A stretch of DNA of 64,000 bases, from the NCBI GenBank assembly GCA_010093995.1, contig ML992501.1:764227-828226 (forward strand). The letters are read 5' to 3'. Position 1 is the stretch's first letter. Each line of letters starts with the position of its first letter. The position numbers and the translations under genes are program-made. Below are positions 12,543 through 24,061 of the stretch, one piece after another. The DNA is from Elsinoe ampelina. Taxonomy: Eukaryota. The notes below the pieces were generated by a model that saw nothing but the letters and a program-made list of their open reading frames with translations, did no database searches and was not told the DNA's origin.

Positions 12543-13765
12543 GGTTTGCCTCGAGATGGGTTGGCATGCAAGGGGTGTACGGCGCAGCTTGGTGGCGGAG
12601 CTTGGTGGTCGGAGCTGGGACTAAAGGTCTTCTGACTATGATGGGGTTCTGCAGATCCAAATTACCTGTTTATCTCAACCACGTTTGATCTTGAAATGGC
12701 CTGCATCAGGAGAAAACGCAGAACCACATCACATTGTGACCTGGTGCAGCACGTGAAGGCGGCACAGTGAAGTGAAGCTCGCCGGGAGCTGAAGTACACA
12801 TGCTTCCTCTTTCGGTTTAGCCTTCTCTTCAGCTGAGCGGCAAGTGGAGGCTATTTTTGAAGTCGGCGGCTCAGCAGAGCTCAACCCAAACTCTCGCCCA
12901 CTTCTTCTCTTCCACTCATCAGCCATCACTACTCCGCCCAACCGTTCATCTTCGGAATTGTCCTCGGCCCGGAGACCTGTCACGCGACGGAGACAGCTAG
13001 AGGCACAGTTGATCCTGCGTGACCTCATGTCTCTGTTCGCTGCAGTGGCGCTTTAGGTACGGCGGGGTTTGCTTCATCTTCGGCCCAGTATCGTATTACC
13101 AGACCGAACGAAAGATGTGGACCATGCATTCATTGCATATACGACGGAGATTCGTGTTCCTTCTTGCGTCCTTCGAGCATGTGCAGAGTTGTAAGGTCAT
13201 CAACATTTCTTTTTCTGCTCATTTCCACCGCATTTCCTTCGAGTCAGGACTGCTGTTTCAGATTTGACAAGGCTGCGGAGATGCTCACGATCCTCATATT
13301 TCTGCGGTACACAAGCAATCTAGCTTCTTGGCCCACCCGCAATCTCATTTCACGGCTTCAGCCTCTTCCTTCCTCTCTACGCTGCCCCAGAGGACCATGT
13401 CGCAGAGTGCGTTGGCCTCAGGTGCTACCGGATGGCGGACAAGATGTGAATCTGCCCTCGAGTGTCAAGTATTCTATTCATATTTTCCAATTGTCTATTC
13501 ACGCTTGCCGCGGTATTGTCTTGTATTGATTGTCAAGCGCCACATCAAGACCTTGGTGTCTGGTTAAGCGCTTAATGATTTGCAGCAATTAATCTATCCA
13601 TACTTTCAGCGTCATTGTTGCCCCAGCTGCTGCAATTTCCGCCTGCCTGGTCGATGTTTGTCTGGCCACTCATGACCTGACCCTCATTTGCCGATCTATA
13701 TCACAACCCCAGCCCGCCACTACGTTCCCTGCACCTTCCTCTTGGCCTCACGAGACATCACAGAT

Positions 13766-14536
13766 ATGCATCTTCTCACTGCATCGCTGCTCATCGCAGC
13801 TGGCGGCGCCCTCGCTCAGGCACCTCCTGCCACCGACGGAACGGACACTCTGGTGATCAATGGTGTCGCACCTGCTGGATCGGAGAGCGGTTTCCAGGCG
13901 TCATTCATCGACGTCCAGAATGGAGAGACCGGGTATGAGGCAAATTGTACCGGCACTGCCGACTACTGTGTCAATGGTTACTTTTTCATCGCAACATCAG
14001 AGGGCGGTTACACGCTCATTAGTGACGTGAACAGCGACCCCAACGATCTCAGTCAGAGGACCAGCACCTGCACTGTCGAAGGCGATGTGGGTACTTGCGA
14101 CGTCGAGATTCGTGACGACTCCGACAATGTTCTCTCCACCGGCGCGGAGACCAAGACTGGTGCCATCACTCTCACATTGGCGCCTGTGACATTCACATCA
14201 GGTGACGGATACGTCTCTACCACAGTCACTACCAGACCTCAGATCACATCGACCATCGAATCAACAGTCACTGTCCCCACCACTGTCCCATCATCCTCCG
14301 TGGCTGCTTCTTCAGGTGCGTACAGCTCCGAGCCCTGCAACAGCACCTCTACCATTCACATCCCTCGTCCGACCGGTGGTAACAATACAGCTCCCACGAT
14401 CGTCCGACCGAGCCTACCAGCCTACACCGGCGCAGCGAGCAGCTTCAGGATGGCCGGAGCCACAATCGACAGCGGAGTCTTGGTAACAATGGGAGGCGCG
14501 ATGATGGCGGTGGCAGCGTTGGCGTTTGCTTTGTAG
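13766..14536 (+). CDS. Putative GPI-anchored cell-wall protein
   Basis: ATG 13766 MHLLTASLLIAAGGALAQ, Cys-containing domain (ASFIDVQNGETGYEANC..C..C..C..APVTFTSG), S/T stalk, YTGAAS omega region and hydrophobic tail. Confidence 0.8.
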   Translation: MHLLTASLLIAAGGALAQAPPATDGTDTLVINGVAPAGSESGFQASFIDVQNGETGYEANCTGTADYCVNGYFFIATSEGGYTLISDVNSDPNDLSQRTSTCTVEGDVGTCDVEIRDDSDNVLSTGAETKTGAITLTLAPVTFTSGDGYVSTTVTTRPQITSTIESTVTVPTTVPSSSVAASSGAYSSEPCNSTSTIHIPRPTGGNNTAPTIVRPSLPAYTGAASSFRMAGATIDSGVLVTMGGAMMAVAALAFAL

Positions 14537-15400
14537 GCGACCGGACAAAAACCCTTTATCGATCTACTTCTATGTCTATATTACGGGGTCGACCAAACTT
14601 CTTTACCCTTGAGTCGCTCATCAGGTAGCGCTTCTCTTGATTACATTCTCACGGCATGCAAGAGACGACGGACGATCTGCAGGCAGCATCTATCATAATC
14701 CTTGCCAATCGAATTTTCTGCCGCAGGCCAATGCTTGTACCTATTCTGATCTTTTCATCCTCTCCTGACTGGCACAGAAGTATGTCACCTCTCCACTCGC
14801 GAAAGTGCGAGTCCTCTATAACACTATCTCACCTGAGTATCCACTTGCTACGCCTATGAATCCATTAACACATTATCTATAAGCTTCGAATCAGGATAAG
14901 AGATAGGTCTGGTAGTTATTAGCCACGCCTGTAACTACCAGATCTGTAAATCAACTTGTCTTGTCGTAACAGCTATCGCAACAAAAATCCGGTGTAACCA
15001 ATGTGCCTGACAAACCAGTACTGCGCCCCAGTTCGGGACCTGACAATGGCTTAATTTAGCGCGTCCATAGATGCGGCTTGCGAGGCGCTAGAGGAAATAC
15101 AACAACCGCAGCTCCCGCGCATGTGGATAAATATTTCAGGCACGCCGGCTTGTGCTTTTCGACAACCAAAACACGAAACACGACTGCGCCGTCAATCACG
15201 TTGGTCGCGGACTTGACCTCACCGACCCTTCCGTGAATGATTCCAACACCCTCAGCACACGACTAGGAAGCATACATATAAGACTGTGCCACTCGGAGAG
15301 CCTCACGAATACTTCACATCATACAACTTGGCCAAACACCTCACCTGACCACCTCACAACCTCACCTCATATCCACGACACCATCCTCACCTCTCCCAAA

Positions 15401-16312
15401 ATGCACACCATCATCCTTACCCTCTCCTCCCTCCTCCCCCTCATCCTCGCCCAAACTACCACCGACTTGCCCAGCCTGACCCGCTCCCTCCGCCCCAGCA
15501 CCACCCCGACCCCTCTCGCCCCCTCCTCCCCCGCCCGCGACGGCGCCACCACCACCTTCATCGGCATCTACGACGAAGGCGACCTCACTCTCTCCGCCAG
15601 CGTCTCCACCATCACCTCCGGCACAACTCGCTACTACATCCCTTCCTGCGACCCCTCCGCCACCGCGCAGTCGTGCGACCTCCCCGGTCCGCAGGCTACC
15701 CTCGATGCGTCGGGGGACACGTACCTCTACCAGGGCGAGATCCCGCTCAACGCCGAGGACGTACTGAATTATGCGACGCCGCTGATTGGGTACCTCGAAT
15801 GCTCTGTGATCAAGGGCCAGCCGGGGCAGAGGCTCCAGGACGTCACTTCTCTGGCGGACCCAGACGAGCAGAACATGTGGGAGAGCTTGGCGAGTCAGAA
15901 GGGAGCCATGGCGACGACCACGCGGACCGATGGGGTGCTTGGGGCGGCGTGCACGAACTACTGGGTTGATGGCAATGGGAGCACGATTGTTGGGCCGGTG
16001 ACCATGGTCGCGCCGGCGTTCGCGGCGGGAACGGTGGTGGCGACTGCTGGGGTGGAGAAGTTGCCTTTGAGTGGCGGCGAGACTACAGCGGCTGGGAATG
16101 GGACGTCAAGTGGAGGCGCGGTTTCGACTGGCGGTGCGGCGTCGAGTGGATCGAGCTCTTCTGGCTCGGCGAGCGGGACTGGTACGGCGGCGAGCGGGAG
16201 TCAAGGAGCAGCGGGCAGGATGCAAGTCATGGGCACTACCCAGGGGAAGGCTGTGATGATGCTCCTGAGTGGACTGGCGGGTGGTGTCGCTTTGCTAGCG
16301 ATCGCGCTGTAA
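15401..16312 (+). CDS. Putative GPI-anchored cell-wall protein
   Basis: ATG 15401 MHTIILTLSSLLPLILAQ, then ASVSTITSGTTRYYIPSC..C..C..C..VVATAGVEKL, S/G stalk, QGAAGR and hydrophobic tail. Confidence 0.8.
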   Translation: MHTIILTLSSLLPLILAQTTTDLPSLTRSLRPSTTPTPLAPSSPARDGATTTFIGIYDEGDLTLSASVSTITSGTTRYYIPSCDPSATAQSCDLPGPQATLDASGDTYLYQGEIPLNAEDVLNYATPLIGYLECSVIKGQPGQRLQDVTSLADPDEQNMWESLASQKGAMATTTRTDGVLGAACTNYWVDGNGSTIVGPVTMVAPAFAAGTVVATAGVEKLPLSGGETTAAGNGTSSGGAVSTGGAASSGSSSSGSASGTGTAASGSQGAAGRMQVMGTTQGKAVMMLLSGLAGGVALLAIAL

Positions 16313-17155
16313 AGAAGTGATGCACGGTAGTCACGACAGCAGGTCGAGGAACTAGTATGCCCAGATGACTTGAGCGTCAGACAGGAGGCACCTCATGGTA
16401 CTCTGTCAGACATGATGGCAATGAAAGCACACTGCGTGATGCAGGTGATCTTGCCCTTCCATAGCCGAGGTTATCAATGCCCACCTTCCATTCGAGATCC
16501 AGGGGCCGCCGACCGTGTTAGCTTTTTTTCCATGTCATCTTGGCGAAAGCAAAGACATGAAAGAAAAGTGACTCTTCAGGCAAGAAACCAAAAATCAAGC
16601 GTCATCTCCGAAGCAAAGGAGTCAGAACGCCCCACCCGTTTCTGTCTCTTCCTTTTCACAGGGCTGAGCTGAGCTCGAGCACCCACCAATTTCGACCGAA
16701 CCAGTCACTTCCTACCACCACAATTCCTCCAGCTCAGGCCTGACCGAACCATGTCTCTTCGCTTCCTGACTAGCGCAGGTCCAGGCTCCCTAGCCCAGCC
16801 TCCGCCCTTGAAGGAAATTGAGCTGGCGGTGGAAAATCTGGCACCGCTGACTGCGCCGTACGAGTCAGCACCGTTCGGGTTGGAGGAGGCAAGGAGGCGT
16901 TCTATGGTTCCTGTCGCTAAGCCTGCTCGTACCGGACTCTGCAAGGGGAATTGGGTAGGCGAAGCTATTATTGTCGGTGCTTGACAGGATGAGTTTGAGA
17001 CTTGCCGGACCGGTGAGTATAGAAGGAGGACTCTGCTATAAGAGTCTCTGAAGACCGGGTTTGTGTCTCATATTTCCTATTCATCGCCCGTCAAAGAAGC
17101 AGAGGTGCACGAAACCCCCTCACCCCGTGCATCAGTCACACATCGAGCATCAATT

Positions 17156-17845
17156 ATGAAGATCCCTTACGCGACCATCCTCTTTGCGCTCGGCACAGTA
17201 GTCGAAGCCAAGAAGAAGAAAAAGTCCAAGCCCAAGATCGGAGGAAGCAATGACGACTCCACCACTACCACGACCTCATACGGACCAACCACCGCCACCA
17301 CCAACGGTAACCCGCTCATCACCCTCTATGGCTTCGGCAACAAGACCCGAGAAGCCTACTCCGCCTCCGTTGTCCGAGCCGACCCCACCGGTGCCTTCAT
17401 GCCAGGGACCACACTAGCAGTATCATGCCCGACCACACAACGTCTCTGCCCCGGCGGCACCATGAACATCACGCAATCCCAATCCTCAATCATGATCCAA
17501 GCGACGGCCTCGACAACAGGCGTCTCTGTTTCCTATGACTATAAATGCATGAGGATAGGCACACTCCTGGCATCGTGTAGGGAGACACGAGTCGTCGCCG
17601 CGGCGAACGGGACGAGGACTTTCTCGACAAACTCCCTATTCGACCAGGCTACGCTCGGCGGAGTGCCGTATGCTTTGGTGGAGATCACTGCGGGTCGGGA
17701 GAAGCTGCCTTCGGGCACTGCTGATCAGGACACGCTGGACAGTGGCGCCGGTAGGATCTCGCACACGGGAAATAGCTTGGATGGGATGTGGTTGTTCATG
17801 ACAGTCGGGATTGGTATGGTAGCTGCTCTTGCGTTCTTATTATGA
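17156..17845 (+). CDS. Putative GPI-anchored cell-wall protein with poly-Lys after signal peptide
   Basis: ATG 17156 MKIPYATILFALGTVVEA|KKKKKSKPK, then YSASVVRADPTG..TTLAVSC..C..C..C..VEITAGREKL, SGAGR and hydrophobic tail. Confidence 0.8.
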   Translation: MKIPYATILFALGTVVEAKKKKKSKPKIGGSNDDSTTTTTSYGPTTATTNGNPLITLYGFGNKTREAYSASVVRADPTGAFMPGTTLAVSCPTTQRLCPGGTMNITQSQSSIMIQATASTTGVSVSYDYKCMRIGTLLASCRETRVVAAANGTRTFSTNSLFDQATLGGVPYALVEITAGREKLPSGTADQDTLDSGAGRISHTGNSLDGMWLFMTVGIGMVAALAFLL

Positions 17846-18835
17846 GCAACTAACGAGACGCGGGATGACGGGATGACCTGGTGGTGTTTTGATTAGCGAG
17901 TGATACCATATAATGCAGTTTCGAATGATCCTACTACACTAAAATGCATGTCCCCTACGACCAGCGACACATCTGGATCCCGGGGGGTGCTCAGTACTCA
18001 GCACATCGTCGAAGCCTGTAGGGGATTACATGGACAGCAACATCCCTGTACGAGGAGCCTCGCAGAACGTTAGTACCACAGTCCTGAAGAGTTTTCTCTC
18101 ATATTTGTAATACCTCCTCCCGGATATGGATGGAAAGCTACAACAATATTCCTGCTACAGTGTGCAGCGCCCTTGCGATCATGACATGATCAACTGTCAT
18201 CTGCAGATCTTCCGCTAAACTCATTGCACCTCACTCGCTGCCCAGCGCCTTGCACGCATGTCTCAGAATTCATACAAACATGACTCCAGCAGGCAAAATA
18301 CACCGTGCTTTGCTTAGCGAGTCAAGCAAATCTCCGAGCACATCACGATGTCCTCGGGCCGACCAATCAAAGGCCCAAAATGTCCATGCGTAGCTTCCAA
18401 AATCAGGCAGACAGGCGACCCACGCATCCCACAATAGTTAGGTCGTATCTTTTTTAGGACCTGCCAGAATATGTTCGGTTTTTTATGACTGCATTTTTGC
18501 ACGAGACACATGGTGTAGTACCGCGCCGCGAAGGCATTCGATGGTCGTGCGTTTTGCCTAGTTTTCACCTTCTCGTGTTCCGTTCTGTGAAGGTCAATAA
18601 TGCAAACTCTCGCTACCAGCATCCTGGCCGCAATGGCATTGTTCGCTATGTCGCGTCGCGCCGCACCGGTCAACGAAAGATGACCCCTGCAGGATGGCAC
18701 GCCGGATACGCCTCTCGTGATGTTTGCTGACAGGTATAAGACCAAGGTAAGGACTTCCTCTCCAGCTCGTATCTCGCAGCTATATCATCCCACCGCCACC
18801 TCCTGTCCCATCAGAAACTCAACTCACCCGTCATC

Positions 18836-19585
18836 ATGCGTTCCTTCACCCTCATCCCCTTGCTTGCTATTGGCGGCGCTCTCGCCCAATCTTCCACCAC
18901 CACGACCGAAGACTCCTTCCTCTCAAGCATCACCTCCAGCCTCGCCTCCGCCGCCACTGGCCTCTTCGACGACTCCACCACTTCCTCCTCCTCCACCACC
19001 CGCTCCCGCACCTCCCTCTTCTCCGGCACAAACGCCACCACAACCTCCAACCCCGCCAACCCCACCCTCTCCATCTACGGCCTCAACAACCTCGCCAACA
19101 CCTACGCCGCCTCGGTCGTGCAAGCCAACGTAGCGGCCACGACCTACGACGTCATCTGCTCGCGCGGCAACTTCCTCTGCCCATCCGGCATCGCGTTCCA
19201 AATGACACAAGCGCCGACCTCGCTGCAACTGCGCAATACAGCCACCACTCTCGGCGTTACCATTACCGAGAGTTATTCCTGCAAGATCGAGGGGACGACG
19301 AGTGCGAGCTGCATTTATAGCGTCAAGGGCCAGGGCAAAGGGGCGAGCACGTCTACGTCGCTTGAGACTACCTACAGTCAGAGCTTGTTGCCGTATGCGA
19401 CTGTTGTGGTGACCGCCGGGCAGGAGAAGTTGGCTGCTGCGAGCACGGTGCCGGCGCCCGAGGGGAGTGCGTCGGGGAGTCAAGGGGCTGGGGCGAGGGG
19501 AGTGCAGACGCCGGGGGTTGCTGGTGTGGGAGGGTTGTTGATGGTGGCGATGGGACTGGTGGGTGTTTTGGCGGTTGTGTTGTAG
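18836..19585 (+). CDS. Putative GPI-anchored cell-wall protein
   Basis: MRSFTLIPLLAIGGALAQ, then YAASVVQANVAATTYDVIC..C..C..C..VVVTAGQEKL, QGAGAR and hydrophobic tail. Confidence 0.82.
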   Translation: MRSFTLIPLLAIGGALAQSSTTTTEDSFLSSITSSLASAATGLFDDSTTSSSSTTRSRTSLFSGTNATTTSNPANPTLSIYGLNNLANTYAASVVQANVAATTYDVICSRGNFLCPSGIAFQMTQAPTSLQLRNTATTLGVTITESYSCKIEGTTSASCIYSVKGQGKGASTSTSLETTYSQSLLPYATVVVTAGQEKLAAASTVPAPEGSASGSQGAGARGVQTPGVAGVGGLLMVAMGLVGVLAVVL

Positions 19586-20301
19586 AGATGGAGAGGTGGT
19601 CTGAGTCTATGAGAGAAGACGGAGTGCATGATAGTTGAGCGTGTAATGAGTCCTGTTTATCCAACATCCAGAGCGGCCTGTGCGCTGAGACTGTTGCATT
19701 CGTGTCTGCGTATCTGTCGGATTTGCGACTCCTCTTCCTGGTTGACCACGCCTCCGTCGACGACCCAGAATTCCACGCCTGGACGAAGACCATTTGCGAT
19801 GGCTCCAAATCTTGGAGGACGCCGTGGTTCATCGTAGATATGCTGGGCACCCCTTTCGCCCAGCTCGAGCAATTTACAAACCTCGCTTTCAACTACCAGA
19901 ATGCATCGTTGTTGGGTCCAGCTCCAACGTGACATGCGCGGCGCAGGGCATTTCAGAGCGGACGTGAATGCACCGTCCGAGCAGCGATGTACATTGGATG
20001 CTAGTACGCTTCTATCCCTATAGGTTAAGAGGACATACGAAATTGTCCAAGATGTGAGGTGGAGGTGTTGATAGAGGCACAGGAGGTGGTCGTGGTATCG
20101 GGTGCCGTCCCGATTGGGCGTCATCATGACCGCCGCAACTTCTCATCGGCTATTGGAGGACAACAGGCCCTTCCTTCTTGCAAACACATTTGTGTACTAC
20201 AACCCCACCTCGTGCGACCATCCTTTTAGGAGCAAACAGGATCCAGAAGATGCATGACCGAGTTTAGACAGGGGAAAGACAAGCGGGCTTGATCATCAGC
20301 C

Positions 20302-22047
20302 ATGGCATCGACCATATCAATACCAGAAACACATCTACAACGAGAGCCGAGGATTCTGGTCGCCTCGACAGGACTGATTGATCAGAAAGTGGTGACCGGT
20401 CTGCTCCCACGACTAGCTGCTATACCAGACTGCTCGCTCAGAGCCATACTCGACCAAGGCTTCCGTGGGCAGGAGTTCCTCGACGCGTCTAAGAGCTGCT
20501 TGACGATATCAAATACCACAAAGACAAATTCAAAGACCGGTCAAGATGTTATCGATATTGAAGGGGAGGCTGCGGACCTGTGCCAGTGGGCCGACATCTT
20601 GCTTCTAGCACCCATCGACGCCAACAATCTGGCCAAGATGCTTCACGGCGAGACGGACAACCTACTCCTCGAAATTATCCGCAGTTGGAATGTGTCAAAG
20701 AAGATCATAATGGTTCCCGGCATGTCCGGTCACATGTGGGAGAATCCCATGACGAAGAAGCAACTCACCAAGATTCGTCGGAAGTGGAACTTTGTCCAAG
20801 TCCTTCAGCCAGTGCTGTGGTCATTCGAAAGAGAAAGAAAAGTGGTCACATCATGGACGGGCTTTACGGAGGCGATCGAGATGATACGCAACCAGATCGA
20901 TCTAATGAACATTGGACATGGTGTTGTCTGCTCTCCCACACAAGGGGCCAAGTTTCATCGGCGCAATAGCAGTGCACATCTCTCCGCCTCCAACCACAAG
21001 CTGCCACCAGAGCTCTGGACTATGATTCTCGACTTTACAAATGACTGGGAGCTTGCTCAAAGGTTACGGATATACTCGAACCTTCCGGTGCCCTCGGAAT
21101 GGTCCAAGCACACATCGCCTGCTGGGCCCGAAACGTACACCGAGAAGCTTGAATGGCTATTACTCACAGCTTCGACTACTCGAGTCAAAGAGTTTCTTGA
21201 GTCGGATCCCTCTAGCCTACCACGCTGTCTTACTAGACTGGCAACCAAGATGATCATGCGATTCTCACCAACATCGCTCCTTTCCCTTCTAGAGACGGAC
21301 CACGAGGAATTGTTTTGGGCAACTTTCGGCAATACCTTTCTACCAGACAAGGCGAGCTCGGTCTTTGGAAGGGTCGACATCTTACAGTGGTGGCACACAA
21401 GTCCTTCATTCCTGACCAAGAAGTACACGACCGAAGCACTCGACGGGGCTTCCAAACAAGGTTATCTAAACGTCCTAGAATGGTGGCAGCGTAGCGGCCT
21501 GCAACTTCTCTACACCGAACAAGCAATGGAGCAAGCCAGCAGTCAAGGCCACGTTGCTGTTCTCGAGTGGTGGAAGAGTGTGGCAAGCCAGTTGTCGCGA
21601 GCAGTCGACAGCGAAGGAGATGGCAATGTTTTGCAGCTCCTAAAGCCTGGCAAGAGTATCTCTTTCGCAGCACAGACTGGTCATGCAGACGTGGTCCGCT
21701 GGTGGGTCGAGTCTGGTATTCAATTCAGTCATGAGGAAGCCGTACCAAAGATGGCAAGCACGTACGGTCATGTGGATGTTCTCCAGGTCTGGCACGAAGC
21801 AAAGGACAGCAAGATGATCTTCGACAACCAGGTCTTGGTAGGCGCTACCAAGATGGGGCATGTAGATGTGCTGGAGTGGTGGAAGAAGAGCGGATTGAGA
21901 GTCGAGTATAAGACCTGTGATGTCGAGGAAGCTTTGGAGGATGGCATTGAGGGCAAGAAGGGAGAGGAGGTCAGGAGATGGTGGGCAAGAAATGGTCTCA
22001 ATCTTGGTGTTGGCACAAGCGAGTGGATGAGGAGCAAGGTGCTTTGA
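20302..22047 (+). CDS. HAL3/PPC-decarboxylase-like flavoprotein domain fused to ankyrin-like repeats
   Basis: N-terminal WADILLLAPIDANNLAKMLHGETDNLLLEIIRSW..VPGMSGHMWENP matches the HFCD flavoprotein pattern. C-terminal half has ~6 A-x3-G(H/Y/R)-x2-V-L-x-WW-type repeats. Confidence 0.85.
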   Translation: MASTISIPETHLQREPRILVASTGLIDQKVVTGLLPRLAAIPDCSLRAILDQGFRGQEFLDASKSCLTISNTTKTNSKTGQDVIDIEGEAADLCQWADILLLAPIDANNLAKMLHGETDNLLLEIIRSWNVSKKIIMVPGMSGHMWENPMTKKQLTKIRRKWNFVQVLQPVLWSFERERKVVTSWTGFTEAIEMIRNQIDLMNIGHGVVCSPTQGAKFHRRNSSAHLSASNHKLPPELWTMILDFTNDWELAQRLRIYSNLPVPSEWSKHTSPAGPETYTEKLEWLLLTASTTRVKEFLESDPSSLPRCLTRLATKMIMRFSPTSLLSLLETDHEELFWATFGNTFLPDKASSVFGRVDILQWWHTSPSFLTKKYTTEALDGASKQGYLNVLEWWQRSGLQLLYTEQAMEQASSQGHVAVLEWWKSVASQLSRAVDSEGDGNVLQLLKPGKSISFAAQTGHADVVRWWVESGIQFSHEEAVPKMASTYGHVDVLQVWHEAKDSKMIFDNQVLVGATKMGHVDVLEWWKKSGLRVEYKTCDVEEALEDGIEGKKGEEVRRWWARNGLNLGVGTSEWMRSKVL

Positions 22048-22320
22048 TAGGAGTTCTGGGCTTAGGGGCAGTGATCATTACGATAAGGAACGATACCCAT
22101 GCATCAATCCAGTAGATAAGGCGTTAGTATGAACTTATTCAACAAACATTTATGCTACTCTCATGTGCGCAGGTTGATCGGCGGATGCTTGCGAATTATG
22201 TACGTCTTAAGACACTACATGAACCTTCGCATTTACTCTTCCCCTCCTCCGCACAATTGATATAATAACTTTCGAATCGCAAGGTACCGCGAACGAGATA
22301 AAGTCCTTGTGAGACTCATC

Positions 22321-22844
22321 ATGGCTTCGATTGATAATTCCACACCGCCTGATGAGGCTCTACCCGATGAGCCCGCTGACATGCCTTCCACAATGGCCGC
22401 ATCCGTCGTGCTCGACCATTTACCACGAGATGCCCACGCCGCCTTGGAGCACGCTGGCGAGCTACCGAACCCAAAGAGTGAATCCATCAAACTTGTCCCG
22501 CACTATTCGCAGACGGATATTGACCATCTTCAGTTACCGTTCGCTTATCGCCACTCCCCGCCACACCAGCTCTGCGGCAACCACGGTTCAAGATCTCAAG
22601 CACCCAGCGGTTCGAGGCTGTCGTCCGCTTCTTACGACGAAAGCTACAACTGAAAGACCACGAGAGTGTCTTTTGCTATGTCAATAGCTGTTTTGCACCT
22701 GGTCTGGACGAAGGGGTGGGCAACCTATGGAGGGTAGGTACTGGGAGCATTGGTAGTGTGTTCATGCTCTGATACGCTATCTAGTGCTTCAAGGTCGGCG
22801 ACGAGCTGGTAGTCAGCTATAGCGTCACTCAGGCTTTTGGATGA
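22321..22844 (+). CDS. ATG12: Ubiquitin-like autophagy protein Atg12, 3 exons
   Basis: Spliced: ..[98 protein letters not shown], ending in the conjugating Gly. Confidence 0.93.
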
Positions 22845-22999
22845 GAGTGCTCATCTGTATTGGCGCTCTATCCCATGTCCAATTTGGAATCTCTGTGGTG
22901 ATACATTGCCTGGCCCTCCATGGCATCATCTCTTGGCTATCTGTACCTATCAACTCAACGTCGGCAAGTCCCTTTGGACAGCCTGGTGGGTTTCAGGTA

Positions 23000-24061
23000 T
23001 CATAATTCGCCCTTCTCGCCAACCTGCTGGTCCCTCTCGTCCAAGGCCTTCTCGATAGCTCTCAACTCCTCCTCTCTGATCGGATAAGTGTGCTCCTTCG
23101 CAGGATACGTCCGACTCTTCACCTCATCGATATACTCCTTCGTCGCCCTCGTCATCTCCCCCCAAACATCACCATACTTCTTCACAAACCTCGGCAAAAA
23201 CCTCCCCGGCGGGAAATTCCCACCCATATCAACCTGTACCAACACCTGGCCCGAACACCCCGCTCCCGCCCCAATCCCAATAGTCGGTACCCTCAACCTC
23301 CTCGTCACCATCTCCGCCACCTCCGCCGGCACCGCCTCCAACACCATCCCAAACGCGCCCGCCTCCTGCACAGCCAACGCATCCTCCAACAACTTCACCG
23401 CGCCCGCCACCGTCTTCCCCTGCACCCTGAACCCGCCCAACGCATTCTGCCTCTGCGGCGTCAACCCCACATGACCCAACACACTTATCCCGGCCCCGGT
23501 AATCCTCTGGATCTGCTCCTTCACCTCCACCCCGCCCTCCAGTTTCACCCCCATCATCCCCCCCTCCTTCACCAACCTTATCGCAGACTCCAAAGCCTGC
23601 GCACCAGACACCTCGTAGCTCCCCATCGGCAGGTCCCCGACCGTGAAACAACCCCCCGCGCCACGCGCCACGCTCTTGCAGTGCAGGATCATGTCGTCGA
23701 GGGTGAGCGAGACGGTGTCGTCGAGTCCCATGGCGACCATGGCGAGCGAGTCCCCGACAAGGAGCACCTCGATGCCGGAGGTGGAGGCGACGTAGGCGGA
23801 GGGGAAGTCGTGGGCTGTGAGCACGGTGATGGGCTCGGAGCGGCGGTAGAGGGTGAGCAGGTGGGGGAGGGTGATGGGTTTGAGGCGGGAGGGGGTGGTG
23901 GGGGAGAGGGGGGAGTGGGAGGAGGGGCGGCGCTGGGGGGGAGGGTTGAGGTTGGGTTGGACCAGGGCGGGAGGGAGGAGCGTGGAGGCGGGGAGGGGTG
24001 GGCGGAGAGGAGAGGGGCGGAGGGAGCGGAGAGGGCGGAGGAGGGTCGTGGGGAGGGACAT
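23000..24061 (-). CDS. ECM31: 3-methyl-2-oxobutanoate (ketopantoate) hydroxymethyltransferase, mitochondrial-type presequence
   Basis: LTAHDFPSA, LLVGDSLAMV, GDLPMGSY, VKLEGG, GHVGLTPQ, PTIGIGAG..SGQVLV PanB motifs. Arg/Leu/Pro-rich N-terminus. Confidence 0.96.
   Translation of the reverse strand: MSLPTTLLRPLRSLRPSPLRPPLPASTLLPPALVQPNLNPPPQRRPSSHSPLSPTTPSRLKPITLPHLLTLYRRSEPITVLTAHDFPSAYVASTSGIEVLLVGDSLAMVAMGLDDTVSLTLDDMILHCKSVARGAGGCFTVGDLPMGSYEVSGAQALESAIRLVKEGGMMGVKLEGGVEVKEQIQRITGAGISVLGHVGLTPQRQNALGGFRVQGKTVAGAVKLLEDALAVQEAGAFGMVLEAVPAEVAEMVTRRLRVPTIGIGAGAGCSGQVLVQVDMGGNFPPGRFLPRFVKKYGDVWGEMTRATKEYIDEVKSRTYPAKEHTYPIREEELRAIEKALDERDQQVGEKGEL

Noticed and set aside
19702..19932. Short protein-like ORF downstream of the GPI array (similar fragments at 7790-7924, 8170-8391 and 16751-16984)
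   Set aside because: No recognisable domain or supportable gene structure; may be chance or decayed fragments.
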